Assembly (NCBI GenBank): GCA_028534125.1
Contig: CM052817.1
Span: forward strand, 55,430,001 to 55,494,000
Origin: Lama glama
Lineage: Eukaryota
Length of the DNA: 64,000 nucleotides
Reading direction: 5' to 3'
Position 1 is the first letter of the stretch. Every line of letters begins with the position of its first letter. The notes under the pieces were generated by a model. The model did not search any database. It had not been told where the DNA came from and was given only the letters and a program-made list of their open reading frames with translations. Shown here piece after piece: positions 1 to 13,349 of this stretch. The position numbers were made by a program, and so were the translations under genes.

Positions 1-79
1 CTCATAATGATATTGTAAGTTGCATGCTACAGTAACTTTCATTGTAGAAAAAATTCAAAAATTAGTTGAATAGTTATGC

Positions 80-1440
80 CATGTAAAGAGCTAGGAATTG
101 GCATACCTATTCTTACAATAAGAAAAAACTGAACAAATAAAAAATCAGTGACTTTTCTTGGACCCATCTGAGAGTTGAGGTTACAGGGCAAACCACCATT
201 GGAAAGTATGCAGAGAAAGATGAATCCAGAGATTATAGCCAAAATTTACTTAACTGGAGCAGAAGTTGGTGGAATCTAAGGTGGTAGGAACACTTTGATG
301 GTCATTTTGATGCATTGTTAGAGGCTGAGTGCAGATAAAATAGGTAAGAGAGAAACTGTCAGAGCTGCAGTCTTAGTGGATCTTCATAGTTTCATGGACC
401 TTATTCCAAGAACCACATAAGATTCACATGATGGGGAGCTAAGAATGATACCCTCCTGGCTGTGGCAGTGCTAACCACTTGGGTGCAATAAAAATTGTGA
501 AATAATCTTAAGGTTTTCTTCATAACAAAGACCTATACTTCAAGGGAAGAAGTTTTACCAGAGCCTTATCCTATGGGCATTTCTTTAATCTACACAACTC
601 TGTTCAACCCTATCTCTCCTAAGTGGGGACTGGGGAGTAAGCTAAGAGACAGTTGTCACAGTCACATTGTAGTGACACAGGCCCACTGAAAAACTGAGGT
701 TTAATTGTAAGAGTACTTTTAGAATACTTTAGAATTATAGTATGCTGCCTTTTCCCCAAACTTTACTACCACAATAACAGGGATCTAGTAAAAATAATGA
801 TGGAATACCTACGCCTATGAAGAGTATTTAGAGAATCATAAATTCAACAGATGAGACAAAACAGCCACTGGAGGAACTTGAAACCTCTGGCACCTATAAC
901 TACAGCAAACGTTAGACACAGCTAAATTAACTCTAGCTAGTTAATAAAACCTCACATCAAAGGCCTGTTACCTATGTTCTTATTATATCATAATCACCTT
1001 CAAAAAAAATTATGGGGCATGATGAAAGGAAAATAAAAAGAGTCCGAAGAGAAAAAGCAATATCAGAACCAGACTCAGATATGACGTTAGATGTTGTAAT
1101 TACCTGAGAGGAAAGATAAAATAAATATGATTAGTATTTTTAAAACTTAAATAGAAAAAGTAGATGACATGAAAGAACTGATGGGTAATATGAGAAGAGA
1201 GATGGAAACTCAAAGAAAGGATCAAAAAGAAATATTAGTAATCAAAAATACTGTAATAGAAATGAAAAATGCCTTCAAGAGACTTAGTACTGGATGAGGT
1301 TTATCCCAGGAAAAAATCAGTGAGCTTGAAGATATTTTTATAAAACTTCCCTATGGAAATGCTAAGGAAAACAAGAGGGGTAGGGCAGAATATTCAAGAA
1401 TGTGAGACAATTGCAAACAGTGTAATGTAAGCATAATGGG
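80..1440 (+). mobile_element. Ancient LINE-1 5' region/ORF1 remnant (L1MC/L1MD-like)
   Basis: A-rich decayed ORF1 coiled-coil-like sequence (e.g. gatgggtaatatgagaagagagatggaaactcaaagaaag...aatgaaaaatgccttc) preceded by L1M 5'UTR-like motifs; many stops and frameshifts. Boundaries approximate. Confidence 0.7.
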
Positions 1441-2240
1441 AACTGGAAGTTAAGACTGCCACCTGGCCACTTTGGGCTCCTCAGAATATTCAGTCAACAG
1501 GCAAAGAAGGGAATTATCATGCTGGCTAGAGTGATTGATCCTGGCTACCAAGGGGAAATGAAAGTGCTGGTTGACAATGGAGCTAAGGAAGAGTATGTCT
1601 CAAATACAGGAGATCTCTTAGGACATCTCTTAGTATCATCATACCCATGGAGAACTATAACATCACAATCCAGGCAAGACTGTTACTTAAACAGACCATT
1701 CAGGAATGAAAGTTTGGATTACCCAACCAGGAAAAGAACTATGACAAACTGCCATGATTGCTGAAGGGAAAGAGAATACAAAATGGTTAGTGAAAGACAG
1801 TAGTTACAAATACTAGCTACAACCACATGACCAGTTACAGAAACAAGGACTGTATTTGTCATGAGTATTTCCTCCATATTTTGTTGTTATTAATACATTT
1901 TTATCTGTGTGTATATTGTGTGTATATATGTGTGTCTGTCTGTCTATCTATCTATCTAACATCTTTGTTTTCTTTCCTCTTGTTATCTTGTCATGTAATA
2001 TAAGATATATTGACTTTAATAGCTTAGTGATTATGTTTCATTAATTTTACCTCATAGTATTTAAATTACAGGATATGAAGGTGACTTTACTTCCTCTTCC
2101 AGGGAAGCAGTTATTTTTTGGATGTGTGTAGGATAAATGCATTATATTGGGCAGAATTATGACCTTGTTATTGTCTTTATTTGGAATTAAGTATGGTTTA
2201 AGGAGATATATCTGAGTGCCAAGTTGACAAGGAGTAGAAT
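1441..2240 (+). mobile_element. ERV-L internal 3' remnant including degenerate dUTPase
   Basis: Reads WKLRLPPGHFGLL, then (ORF 1519-1764) VIDPGYQGEMKVLVDNGAKEEYVSNTGDLLGHLLV, resembling ERV-L dUTPase (GVIDPDYQGEI motif). Ends in purine-rich gccaagttgacaaggagtagaa directly before an MLT2 LTR. Confidence 0.85.
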
Positions 2241-2675
2241 TTTAATGGTTAATTTTTTATGTCAACTTGACTGGGACATGAGATGTCCATTATTTCTGGA
2301 TATGTCTGGGAAGGTGTCTATGGAAGAAATTAGTATTTGAATTGGTGGACTGTGCAAAGCAGATTGACCACCCTCTCAACATTAGTACACATTATGCAGT
2401 TCTCTGAAGGTCTTAATAAAACAAAAAGGCAGAGGAAGGGAGAATTTGCTCTGCCTGCCTGAAGATATCAGTCTTCTGCTCTTTACTGAGATTTATACCA
2501 TAAGCCCTGAAATTCTCAGAACTATACCACCAGCTTTCCTGAGTCTTCAGCTTGCAGTGAGTAAATTGTGGGAATTCTAAGTCTCCTATAATCCTGTATG
2601 CCATTTCCTTGTAATAAATCCCTTCTATTATAGAAATCTCCTATTGGTTCTGTTTATCTGCAGACCCCTAATACA
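2241..2675 (+). mobile_element. MLT2-family LTR (3' LTR of the ERV-L remnant)
   Basis: Starts tttaatggttaattttttatgtcaacttgactggg (MLT2 5' end), contains aataaa, and ends ctattggttctgtttatctgcagaccc...taataca (MLT2 3' end). Confidence 0.85.
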
Positions 2676-3009
2676 ATAACATTTTTATTAGAAAATAGCC
2701 ACTGATATGTTATGGCATAGACATTATACTATATGCACTCTACTCCAAAATAGTCCAGAAAAAATGTACATGAATATATTAAAATGTGTGACTATATACA
2801 CATGCATATATACATATATTTATGATTTATTTATACATGAAAAATGGTAAGTGTCAAAACTTGAAGAACTGGGGAATCTAAGAATTTCTTAATATAACTT
2901 TATAATAGTTATAATGGGTATTATTATTTGAACTATATTACATATTTTTATAAGATTGAAATTACTTTAAAATACATTTTAAAATTTAGTTAAATTACTT
3001 GAGGTTAAT

Positions 3010-3997
3010 TTTTTAGAAGTATGTTGATTTACAACATTATATTAAAGTTCAAGTGTACAACATCCTTGCATCTTATTTATTTTGTACCTAGTACTTTGTA
3101 CCTCTTAATTCCCTTCCCCTATCTGGCCCCTCCCCTACCCCTGTACCTACTGGTAACCACTAGTTTGTTCTCTGTATCTATGAGTTTATTTCTATTTTGT
3201 TATGTTTATGAATTGTTTTGTTTTGTATTTTAGATTCCACGTATAAGTGAAAACATACAGCATTTGTCTTTCTCTTTCTGACTTACTTCACTAAGCATAA
3301 TACCCTCCAGGTCCACAAATGTGTTGCAAATGGCAAAATTCCATTCTTTTATAGCTGAGTAATATTCCATCACATACATGTACCACACCTTTTTTTATCC
3401 ATTTGTCTGTTGATGGACACTTAGTTTGCTTCCATATATTGGCTATTATAAATAATGCTGCTATGAACATTGTGATACACATATCTTTTCAAATTAATGT
3501 TTTTGTTTGTTTTGGATATATGCTCAGGAGAAGAATTGCTAGATCATAGGGTAGTCCTATTTTTAATTATTTGAGGAACTGCCACACTGTTTTCCATAGT
3601 GACTGCAATAATTTACATTCCCAACAGTGTATGAGGGTTCCCTTTTCTACACATTCTCACCAACATTTATTATTAGCTTTTTGATGAATACCATTCTAAC
3701 AGGTGTGAGATGATATCTACAGGTTTTGATTTGCATTTCCCTGATGATTGATGATGAACATCTTTTCATGTGCCTGTTGTCTATCTGTATATCTTTTTTG
3801 AAAAAAATGTCTATCCAGGTCATCTGTCCATCTTTTGATCAGGTTGTTTTTTTTTGATATTGAGTTGTATGAGCTCTTTATATATTTTGGATATTAACCT
3901 CTTATCAGACATACCATTTGCAAGTGTCTTCTCCCATTCAATAGGTTGTCTTTTCATTTTATTGATTATTTTCTTCACTGTACAAAAACTTTATGTA
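3010..3997 (-). mobile_element. 5'-truncated LINE-1 (ORF2 C-terminus + 3'UTR)
   Basis: Minus-strand ORF 3291-3482 MFIAALFIIANIWKQTKCPSTDKWIKK matches the L1 ORF2 C-terminus. Decayed target-site duplication: ttacttgaggtta (~2995-3007) versus ttacttgaagtta (~4006-4018). Confidence 0.9.
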
Positions 3998-4134
3998 TAA
4001 TTACGTTACTTGAAGTTATTTTACATCTGGTAAATTAAGAGCCAAGAATCAAACCTTTGTTTTCTGGTTTGGTTCTAATGTTCCTTTTGTTACACCAGAG
4101 TTTCTTTTTTGAATTTTCTACTATAGGAAAGAAC

Positions 4135-4234
4135 NNNNNNNNNNNNNNNNNNNNNNNNNNNNNNNNNNNNNNNNNNNNNNNNNNNNNNNNNNNNNNNNNN
4201 NNNNNNNNNNNNNNNNNNNNNNNNNNNNNNNNNN
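4135..4234. other. Assembly gap (100 N) flanked by duplicated 330-bp sequence
   Basis: Run of N; 3805-4134 is repeated at 4235-4564. Confidence 0.98.
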
Positions 4235-5377
4235 AAATGTCTATCCAGGTCATCTGTCCATCTTTTGATCAGGTTGTTTTTTTTTGATATTGAGTTGTAT
4301 GAGCTCTTTATATATTTTGGATATTAACCTCTTATCAGACATACCATTTGCAAGTGTCTTCTCCCATTCAATAGGTTGTCTTTTCATTTTATTGATTATT
4401 TTCTTCACTGTACAAAAACTTTATGTATAATTAGGTTACTTGAAGTTATTTTACATCTGGTAAATTAAGAGCCAAGAATCAAACCTTTGTTTTCTGGTTT
4501 GGTTCTAATGTTCCTTTTGTTACACCAGAGTTTCTTTTTTGAATTTTCTACTATAGGAAAGAATAGAAAAATATTTTTAAATATATTGATTTAATACCAA
4601 TCTCAAATTATCCAAATAATCTTGAATAGAAGTGGTAAGGAAGTTCCATTAGACAGAACTAGACAAAATATAATTAGGGGTGTATTGATGTCAACACACA
4701 GGCACTCATTTAATTAAGAAGAAATGTATATATTTGGTTAAAAATGAAACTCACTATATTATTAAATTTAACTTGATACATAGTTAACAGCTGGAATTAA
4801 TTACTGCCTTAAGAATATTTATCTCTTACAGAAGTGGTCATGAAAATGAATAGTGATTTGCCCAAACAATTTTAAGAGCATATTTTAAAAATATATTTTC
4901 AGTTGACATTCCATTTCTAAATACCACCTTGTTATTTTGCTTAATGTTTAATGCACTGGATTAACAAGATGCATAGGGTCATAAAATGTGTAATTCTTTA
5001 CCTCTTTGGGCTAAGAAACCATATTGTTCACTCTTCCTACTCCACTGTAATCTAAGAAAAAGATAAAGGGACATGGATTCTATTTTCAGCACAATGGCTC
5101 CTACCTGTGGGACCCATAACCACTCAATTCCTTCTTTGAGATTTTTTACTTATTTGTAAAATAATATGGTAGGTACAACTAAAAAATCACCTGGAGTGTT
5201 TATGTTCTTTTCCTCTTTTTAAAAAAGTTTTTGCTCTTCTAATTATGCAAATGAAATGGAGATCAGATTCTCAGTGTATGATTTATTAGAATAGAATGTG
5301 ATATCCACAGTCTCTGAAATGATACTTAATCCAGGCCCCTAAGGGAGATGATGATGTTGGTATTTGGGTATGCTTTC

Positions 5378-5715
5378 TTTTGTGAACTAAATGTTCGCAA
5401 AAATTCATATATTGGAATCCTAACCCCCACCATGTGATTGCATTAGTAGGTGAGGCATTTGGGAAGTAATTAGGTGACAGGTGTGAAGCCCCCATGAATG
5501 GGATTACTGCCCTTATAAAAGAAGATGCTACAGCCTGCTTCCTCTCCCTCTTTCTTCACCATATGAAAGAAACGGGAAGAGGTCCCTCCCTATAATCTGA
5601 CCTTGCTGGCAACCTGATCTCATACTTCTTGGCCTCAAGAATTCTGAGAAAGTAAAGTTTGTTGTTTAAGACACTCAGTCAGTGATAATTTATTATGGCA
5701 GCCTGAACTAACACA
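5378..5715 (+). mobile_element. MaLR solo LTR (MLT1A/MST-like)
   Basis: aaaattcatatattggaatcctaacccc...atgaatgggattactgcccttataaaaga...tgttgtttaagacactcagtc...gcagcctgaactaacaca; candidate 5-bp TSD ctttc (5373-5377)/cgttc (5716-5720). Confidence 0.85.
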
Positions 5716-6059
5716 CGTTCCTTGTACATTGTGAAATTGTTTTCATTGATATAATGTAGTTGATTTTCAATAGCATTCTTATGAGTTAGACAACTATACT
5801 GTTCAATTCATTCACATTTGAGGAAGCTGAAATATCAAGGAAGTGCAGCAGACTTAGTCCTGACTTTCAACTAAATCAGGATACCATGAAGTCACATGAT
5901 GTGTGTATATGTACACATATGCTTCCTCATACACAAGTATACACACATATGCATATGTCTGTGAAACTGTATATACAATGGAAAGAAAGGTGGACATATG
6001 TTTGACTTTTTAGGGTTTACATTATAACAATGAGTGATATATGTACAATAAGAACATGA

Positions 6060-6730
6060 AGAAAAGATAAAATGGTATGAAAGTCTAGTTTATTTTGGGT
6101 GGCAACAGAAAATTTCTGTGAAGAGGTGACTTTTAACTTGAGACACAATGATAAAAGAAGTCAGTCATGCAGAGGTCTGGGTGGTGGGATGGGAAAAAGG
6201 AACCATACTGTCCTTTGAAGAAGGAAAATTATGTTCTATGGGGAGGGAATGTTTTATGAAGTCTAGGCCTTAAGATTAAAATGAATTCAGTAGTTAGGGT
6301 TAGGAATGGTATAAGATAAGGCTGAAAAGATAGACATGGACACTATAATGTACCCCCTTGAGAGTAACAACAATTAATGTTTTAGCCCAAGTGTGATGGA
6401 AAACCTTTCAAGAGTTTTAGTCATAGAATAATATTCACTTATTCAACAAATATGTATTGAACATTTGCTATATGCTAAACTTTGTTCTATAAATCGTGGT
6501 TGTAGTAATAAGCAGAACCAGGTGAAAAACCAGATCTAATTTATGTTTTAAAACAGACTCCCTTGCCTGAGTTATAGAAAGTGATTTTTAGGATGTCAAG
6601 AATAAAAAAAAGGAGAAAGTGAAAGGCTTTTTTTTTTTAATGCACTAAGGGAGACAATGTTGTTCTTCACATAAGCAAGGTTAATAAATTTGAAATATAT
6701 TTTAGATAGATTTAACAGGACTTTCCTTGG
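6060..6730 (-). mobile_element. LINE-2 fragments
   Basis: L2-like gaagaggtgacttttaacttgagac...; L2 3' tail reverse complement attcacttattcaacaaatatgtattgaacatttgctatatgc at ~6432-6480. Confidence 0.6.
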
Positions 6731-7324
6731 AACTTTGGGAAACCCAGCAATACCTTAATAGATGGCTTGAAGAAGGAGAAGACTGATTTGCCAGGATCTG
6801 GTCTCTTTTTTTCTTTGTGGCAGGTAGCTTTTCTCTTTTATGCGTCAGAGGTTTTATTTTTAAGTTCATTTATTAAAAAGTGTTATGCAGCTTTAAGAAA
6901 ATGTGTGGAGACCCACTATATTAACATACGTAAAGTACCTACTTGGTACCTGCATCAAAGCAATTCAGATTATGTGTTCAGAATAATTGATGGCTATGTT
7001 TATTACATTTTATACTTTAACATTCCTTTTTCTCATCAATTCAGGAATATGAAAGTTTCTTGAATCTTTAAATCTTTACATTTATTCTCAAACATTTAGA
7101 GTTACCTTCATTTCTCAGTAGAATTAGCTGTTGATTTCAGTTCTATGGATTAGAAATGGATTTAAATCAATCCAGTATTTTCCTTATTTACTCTGTACTT
7201 CCCAGCCCACCCACATGTATCCTGCAGTATACTCCTTTATAACCTACACTAGCTTATAACAATTTCATCTTCAGTCAGGCATAAGGGAACATTGTGCTTA
7301 TGAATATTAATGTTCATTGTAGAG

Positions 7325-7742
7325 AATGGTATTTTGCTAATCCCAGATGCCCTTTCAGGACTGAAGGAATATTCTCCCAGCTTTTGGGAATGCTTTTGAC
7401 TATAAGCCTTCAACGGCAGTCCTCTGGAAATTTCCTTTGACTACATGGAGCCACTTCCTAAGGTCATTTTACCTTCTTAAGACAATGTGCTTAAAATAAC
7501 TGGTCTGTGTTTTATATATATATATATATATATATATGCTTGGCCCCCTTACCTTCTGAGGATAACTCCCAAGGACTATCCGAAGTGCACAGATTCCTGT
7601 GGGGTCACCAGAGGCACGATGACTACATCACAGCCCAAGTTCTCTCTCTGCCCAAGTTTACTTCCTTTTCTTACCCCTCAGGTGCTGTTTTTGAGAACAT
7701 TTCTCGATAAATTCTGCTTCTAGAGAAACCCAAATTGTATCA
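7325..7742 (+). mobile_element. ERVL LTR16-like solo LTR with internal (TA)n
   Basis: gactacatcacagcccaagttctctctctgcccaag...ctgcttctagagaaacccaa resembles the LTR16 3' portion; (TA)n at 7513-7536. Confidence 0.7.
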
Positions 7743-10700
7743 GGACTAGTAAAGATTATACAGTAGAAGTTTATATAAATATGTTTTTCTTTCTTTATAA
7801 GCTTCTCTGTATAAGACCTAAGCTAAAGACAAGTCTAAATTCTAAACACAGAATGGGCCTCCCCCAAATTAGCTGTAATTTTGAGTAAGAACCACGTGTT
7901 AAGGCAGTTGGCTTAGAATTTTTCATAAAAGAAAACCAATAACCTCGGGTCCGTGCAGTCACTCCTCCTCTGTTCTTCCTGACCTCCTGTTTCTTTCATA
8001 CAGTCCCTGAGGGCTTGCTCATTGTGGACTGTGGTCTACTGGTTTGTTTTTTGTTCTCCCCAATGGATGAAAATATGGGGAAAGTAAATTTTGTGCTTGT
8101 CTGGGACCAAAAGTATCCTCTTGTCACTTGGTCTCAAGAAATGGATGTAGAAACTCCACGGAGAAGGCATAGAGTGTGTGTTTTTTTCCTTTTTAATAAA
8201 AAGCAAGGTTTCTTAATTTCTGTGCCTCAGTTTCTTGGCTAATTTTTGAACAAAAGCCATATAAATAAAATATTTACTTTTTGACATTAAACACAAAGCC
8301 CAATATGATGTAAATATTCAATAATACTCGACAGCGAGTATTTTTCTTAACTTCTAATATTGCCTCATCAGATGGATATATTTTGCAGTGTTTCAGGTGA
8401 AGTTATTTCCTAAACATTCTCTTGAGAAAACATCCAACTGGAAGACTAACAAAAGTGTATCAGCCCATCTGACAGAATGCCTGTATCTAGAGCTTCGCTG
8501 CTATGTAGGAAAAGTTGCCAAAATCAGGACTGGGGCAGGGTGGAGGGTGGGTATCTATAAATTCAAGGTTTTGAATGCATACAAGAATATAGCATGTGAT
8601 TTGACTTTTAAAATACTGATAAAAAAAAAAAAACTACCCAAGGAAGATTTGTGTCTCCACAATCTGTAAGAATCCGTTTTTGTGGACAATATCCTTCTTG
8701 CCCCCAATATCCCTTCAGGAAAAAAAAAAGTGTTAAATTCTTAAGCTGCCTAGAAGCAAAGGGAAGTGGCGGCACTCACAATATTTAGTGAGCTGTTTTA
8801 TCTTCCATGACAATTGAAGTTTAGCAGTAACCAGACTTGTAAGAAATTTGTAAAATATTTCCTTGGGCAAATTGCAATTAACCAAATGCCTAATTTGTTG
8901 TATAATTATAATCAGTTAAATCCTGCCACTCAATTATCATAAATAATACAGTGTATTTCATGTATATGCACTGAAATGAACTGATATTCCCGGACTTCTC
9001 TCAGTAATCTGATTTTCAGTCAGCTAAAGAAAGTTTCAAAAAAAATTGTTCCAATTTTAACTTATAGATAGGAACAATACTTAAAACATTCATATTATGA
9101 GGAGGAAACTTTACTCATTATATCAGTTTTTTTGATTTTTAGAATAGGAGTTCTTCCTATTTATTCATTTCATTCACCAACTTTGTTCTAAAATGGAGTC
9201 CTCTGCTCATTTCTATGTGGCTGATCACCTCAATCACTTATAAGTTGTGGTCTGAACACTGGGTAAGTTTATGAAATGGGCAATTTGAGTCGCAGGGGTA
9301 ATCAAAATAACTGGACTGTAAATGATTGGTCTGGTTATTAGGTCATCCTAGCAACCAGATTGGATAACCTAATCAGCAATCAAATTTCTCTGCTCAACCA
9401 CCCAGGCAATTGGGCAAAGCTAATCAACGATCTCAATGACCAATTTCATGTGCTTTATGGACACCCACTGTGTTTCTAATCATATATCACAGTATTGCTT
9501 GTATTTCTCTTCCTATTCTATATTTTTCATGTAGTTCATTTTTCTACCCTATTTATTTGATTGTACTTTGATTATTTTGCTTAAGTATATAAGTAGATGC
9601 TTTAAAAAGAATGCCATTGGTTTACTTTTTTAATGTCTTCATATAATAGCTGTTTACAACATTCTAGGGAACATTTGTTCAGAATAATAAAGATGACACT
9701 TTGTATGTAGTTGGAATTTACCCACTTAAATAAGAAGCCCAGAAAGACTGATATCAGAACAAATATTCTGCTTGCTTAAGGGACACACTGATGACAGTGC
9801 AGCACATCGGGGATCTTAGGTAACTTGATCTTTTTACTTCATTCCCAGAGGCTAACACACTGACAACCTGAAGTGATAAACTGTTACAGTCTCCACACCG
9901 GGGATTGTTCAGATGATTTATCCTGGAAAGGTTGTACTCACTGCAACTTTTGGCATTGGCAAGGAAAATGGAAATGCATCTTCTGTTCAAACTATTTCCA
10001 ATTTGCTGAACATATTTTCTTTACTCTTTGCCATTTTATTTTTACAAAATACAAGGGGGGAAATGGAAAGCAATGAGAAAACAAAAATAAAAAGGTACAA
10101 GATAACTTAAGATGAGGTACTCTGTCTTAAATTATGCTCCAAGAAAGCCAACCAATTGCCACCTAGATGTCTTATCCTGTTGGTTAGGTTAATGTAAGAA
10201 AATGATTAGATTCACCAAGATAAAAGTAGTATCATCTTATATTATTGGATTCTCAGTGCTTACCTCCATGAATGTTACTTTTCCAGTAGAAAACTTTTGT
10301 TGTAAGTACGGAAGTTATTTTATGATGTTGCATTCTCTTTCAATTCTGTGCTATTGGATAAATTTTGATGAAGAGTGATCACTGAAAAATCACATCTTAT
10401 CATAAAGGAATGCTTCAAGAAAACTGAATAATTGAATGCCATCGTTCTATTAGATGATTGTTTAGTGATCATTCATTAGTAATGAAAAGTTAAAAATTAA
10501 ACATCATAGTGGTTGACCTAATTGGCTCCAGAATTGCTATTGAAGTGGCTTAAGATTCTAAAGAATATATCTATCTTGAAATCAAGACTGATTTATATTT
10601 CTTTTCTATTTTTTGTCTGAAAATTCTAAAATGCACATTCAAAATTTAATGCCATTCTGCAACAATGATTTTTTAAAAGAATACACAGAACATAATGTTG

Positions 10701-12471
10701 CAAAAGCTTGATATAAATTTATCTTGGACCAGCTTTCATATTTATTTTCAGAACTATTTATTGAAGCCTGACTCAGAGATGACAACTTCTTGGAATTGTG
10801 ATTCTCTCTATAGATGGAAAGGCAGACCACTTTCTTGCCTGTAAAGTCAAAGAGAAGTGGTAAGGAAATAATTACAAAAATAATTAAAATAGCTCTCTAA
10901 AACATTTGACAGTTTGATTTCCCTTGAAAATAGACTTCCATGGAATATCTTGAAAAATAATCACTTGCAGTAGCTGATTAATATTGCTATCTAAGGAAGC
11001 TTCGAAAATAAACATCAATTTGTCTTCATTTCCACTCCTCCCGCTCTCTTTCCCTCTCCTCCTCCTTTACCCTCTCCCACTGTCATAACAGACATATACA
11101 CATATGCCACAAAACTAAATGGTCATTAATTTAAAAATAATCATGTGAGTATGGAAGATTAAAATAATCAAAATGTCGTAAATTCGCAACTTGTGAATTT
11201 GCGTTTGTTCTGTGTATTTTGATCTTCTATTCAAATCCTTACCATCTTTTAAACTACTGTTTTATCATCATATAACACTGCTAAGGTCTTTTAATGTCAT
11301 GTAATCAGGATGAGTTCTTCTTTCATAAGAAGGCCACAATAAAATTATTTTATATCATCATGACCTTTATAAACACTTTGGTGGACTAACTAAGAATGAA
11401 AGAGTTATTAGATTAATATAGTGTCTGCCAGGAATTAGAAAATACATGTTATTTTCATCTTAAATTATTATATGCTCTGGAAAGAATTATTGGCTACGTA
11501 AGAGGATAATTTGGCCCTTGTTTGTTGCTATTTGAAGCATTTTGTTTCTGTTCTCTGAAGCGGACTTTTGGGAATATCTCTTCTCCTTTCAATACCATGG
11601 CATACTTGGATAATTAAGGGACTGTTTATCTTGTTATCTATTACAAGGCACAGAAAGCATATTTGCAAAGATGTAATTGTATTATACATATATATTAGAG
11701 ACAAATTTAAGTGTTTCCAAAAATCCATAATAAAGACTATAAGAATTAGTCAGATGAGTTTGTTAAATTACTTACTTTTCCCAGAAAGACATCCTAGAAA
11801 GGCAAATTATTGTACCTAGTGGAAATTAAGTGAGAAAATAAAATATGCAAGGTGTGAGAATTAGTATCATGAATGATTTCTCATTAAAATCCTTTCCTTT
11901 TCTTAAAAATATTATAATGCTCTTTTGTATTTCCTTATACATGGGAAAATAAGCAAATGTTTATGACATGTATAGATTACTCTCATCAGTGACCCTAGAA
12001 GCTTTCTCAGTAAGCACTTGAGCACTTAAGAGTAACAACAAAAATAATCATCTAATATACTGTGCTAAGTAACTGCTTTGCTCATTTTTTTTCATTTAAA
12101 TTCAATTCTTGTTCTAATCCATAACATAATTACAATCAAAGTTGTAGATATAGATCCAAAAATTGTTTGCTTGAAAATATGTAGGGATTTTTTTTTTGGT
12201 TTTTGCCTTCTGACTCTCAAACAAAAGAAAAAAATTCTTAATGAGGAATGATTTTTATTTTTTGCTTTTTTAAAAGAAAATTTTAAACACATGTGCAAAG
12301 GAAAAAAGAGTAGTAGAATAAATACATGTACTCCTTGCAAAACTTTAAAAGTTGCAAACTCATAAATAATATACTTTTCCCTCTACCACTAGCTACAAGT
12401 CTCTCTATATTATTGTGAAACAAATTTCAAAATTTATATCATTTTATCAATACATTGGCTGCTATATATTT

Positions 12472-12980
12472 TTAATAGACTTTATTCTTTTAGAGCAGTT
12501 TCAGGTTCACAATAGAATTGAACAGAAAATACAGAGTTCACACATGGCCCTCCCCACCCACACATATATACTCCCCTATATCCCTCATCAGTGTGGCATA
12601 TTTGGTACAATTGATGAACCAACATGGACATACTATTATCAACCAAAGTCCATAGTTTACATTAGGGTTTACTCTTGATGTTGTACATTCTATGGATTTT
12701 GACAAATGCATAATGACATATAGCCACCACTATAGTATCATAAAGAATAATTTCATTGCCCTAAAATCCATTGTGCTCCATCTATTCATTCCTCCCTCCC
12801 TCCCTCTCCTCAAACCCCTGGAAACCATGATCGTTTTATTGTTTCTGTAGTTGTGCCTTTTCCAGCATGTCGTTTGGTTGGAATTGTACAGTTTGTAGCC
12901 TTTTCAGACTGGCTTCTTTCATTTAGTAATATGTCTTTTAATTTTCTCCTATGTCTTTAATGGCTTGATAGATCTTTTAA
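12472..12980 (-). mobile_element. LINE-1 3' end (L1MC1/L1MC2-like)
   Basis: tttaatagactttattcttttagagcagtttcaggttcaca...caaagtccatagtttacattagggttta...ggattttgacaaatgcataatgacat are characteristic of the L1MC 3'UTR. Confidence 0.8.
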
Positions 12981-13089
12981 TTTAATGCACGTATATTTTT
13001 AATTTACATATCTGTACTGTTCATTGTTTCTAAGAACATTTAGAGCTTTAGCTTTTTAAACTTACATAGTTATCAAAGGAATAAAGCCA

Positions 13090-13282
13090 ACCACAAATTA
13101 AGAATTAACTCAAAAAGATACATACACCCTGCTGTTAACAGCGACATTATTTATAATTGCCAAGATATGGAAGCATCCTAAGTGCACATCAGTAGTTGAA
13201 TAGACAATATATATATACACACAATCATACTACATACAGTACAACTCACCCATAAAAAAGAAGGGTATTTTGCCATTTGTGG
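13090..13282 (+). mobile_element. LINE-1 ORF2 C-terminal fragment
   Basis: aaaagatacatacaccc...attatttataattgccaagatatggaagcatcctaagtgcacatcag (IAKIWKHPKCTS-like). Confidence 0.75.
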
Positions 13283-13349
13283 CCCTTCATTCACTTTTCT
13301 TTTCACTTCAAAAACTGGAATTTTGTAACTGGTGGAGACATTACTATTA

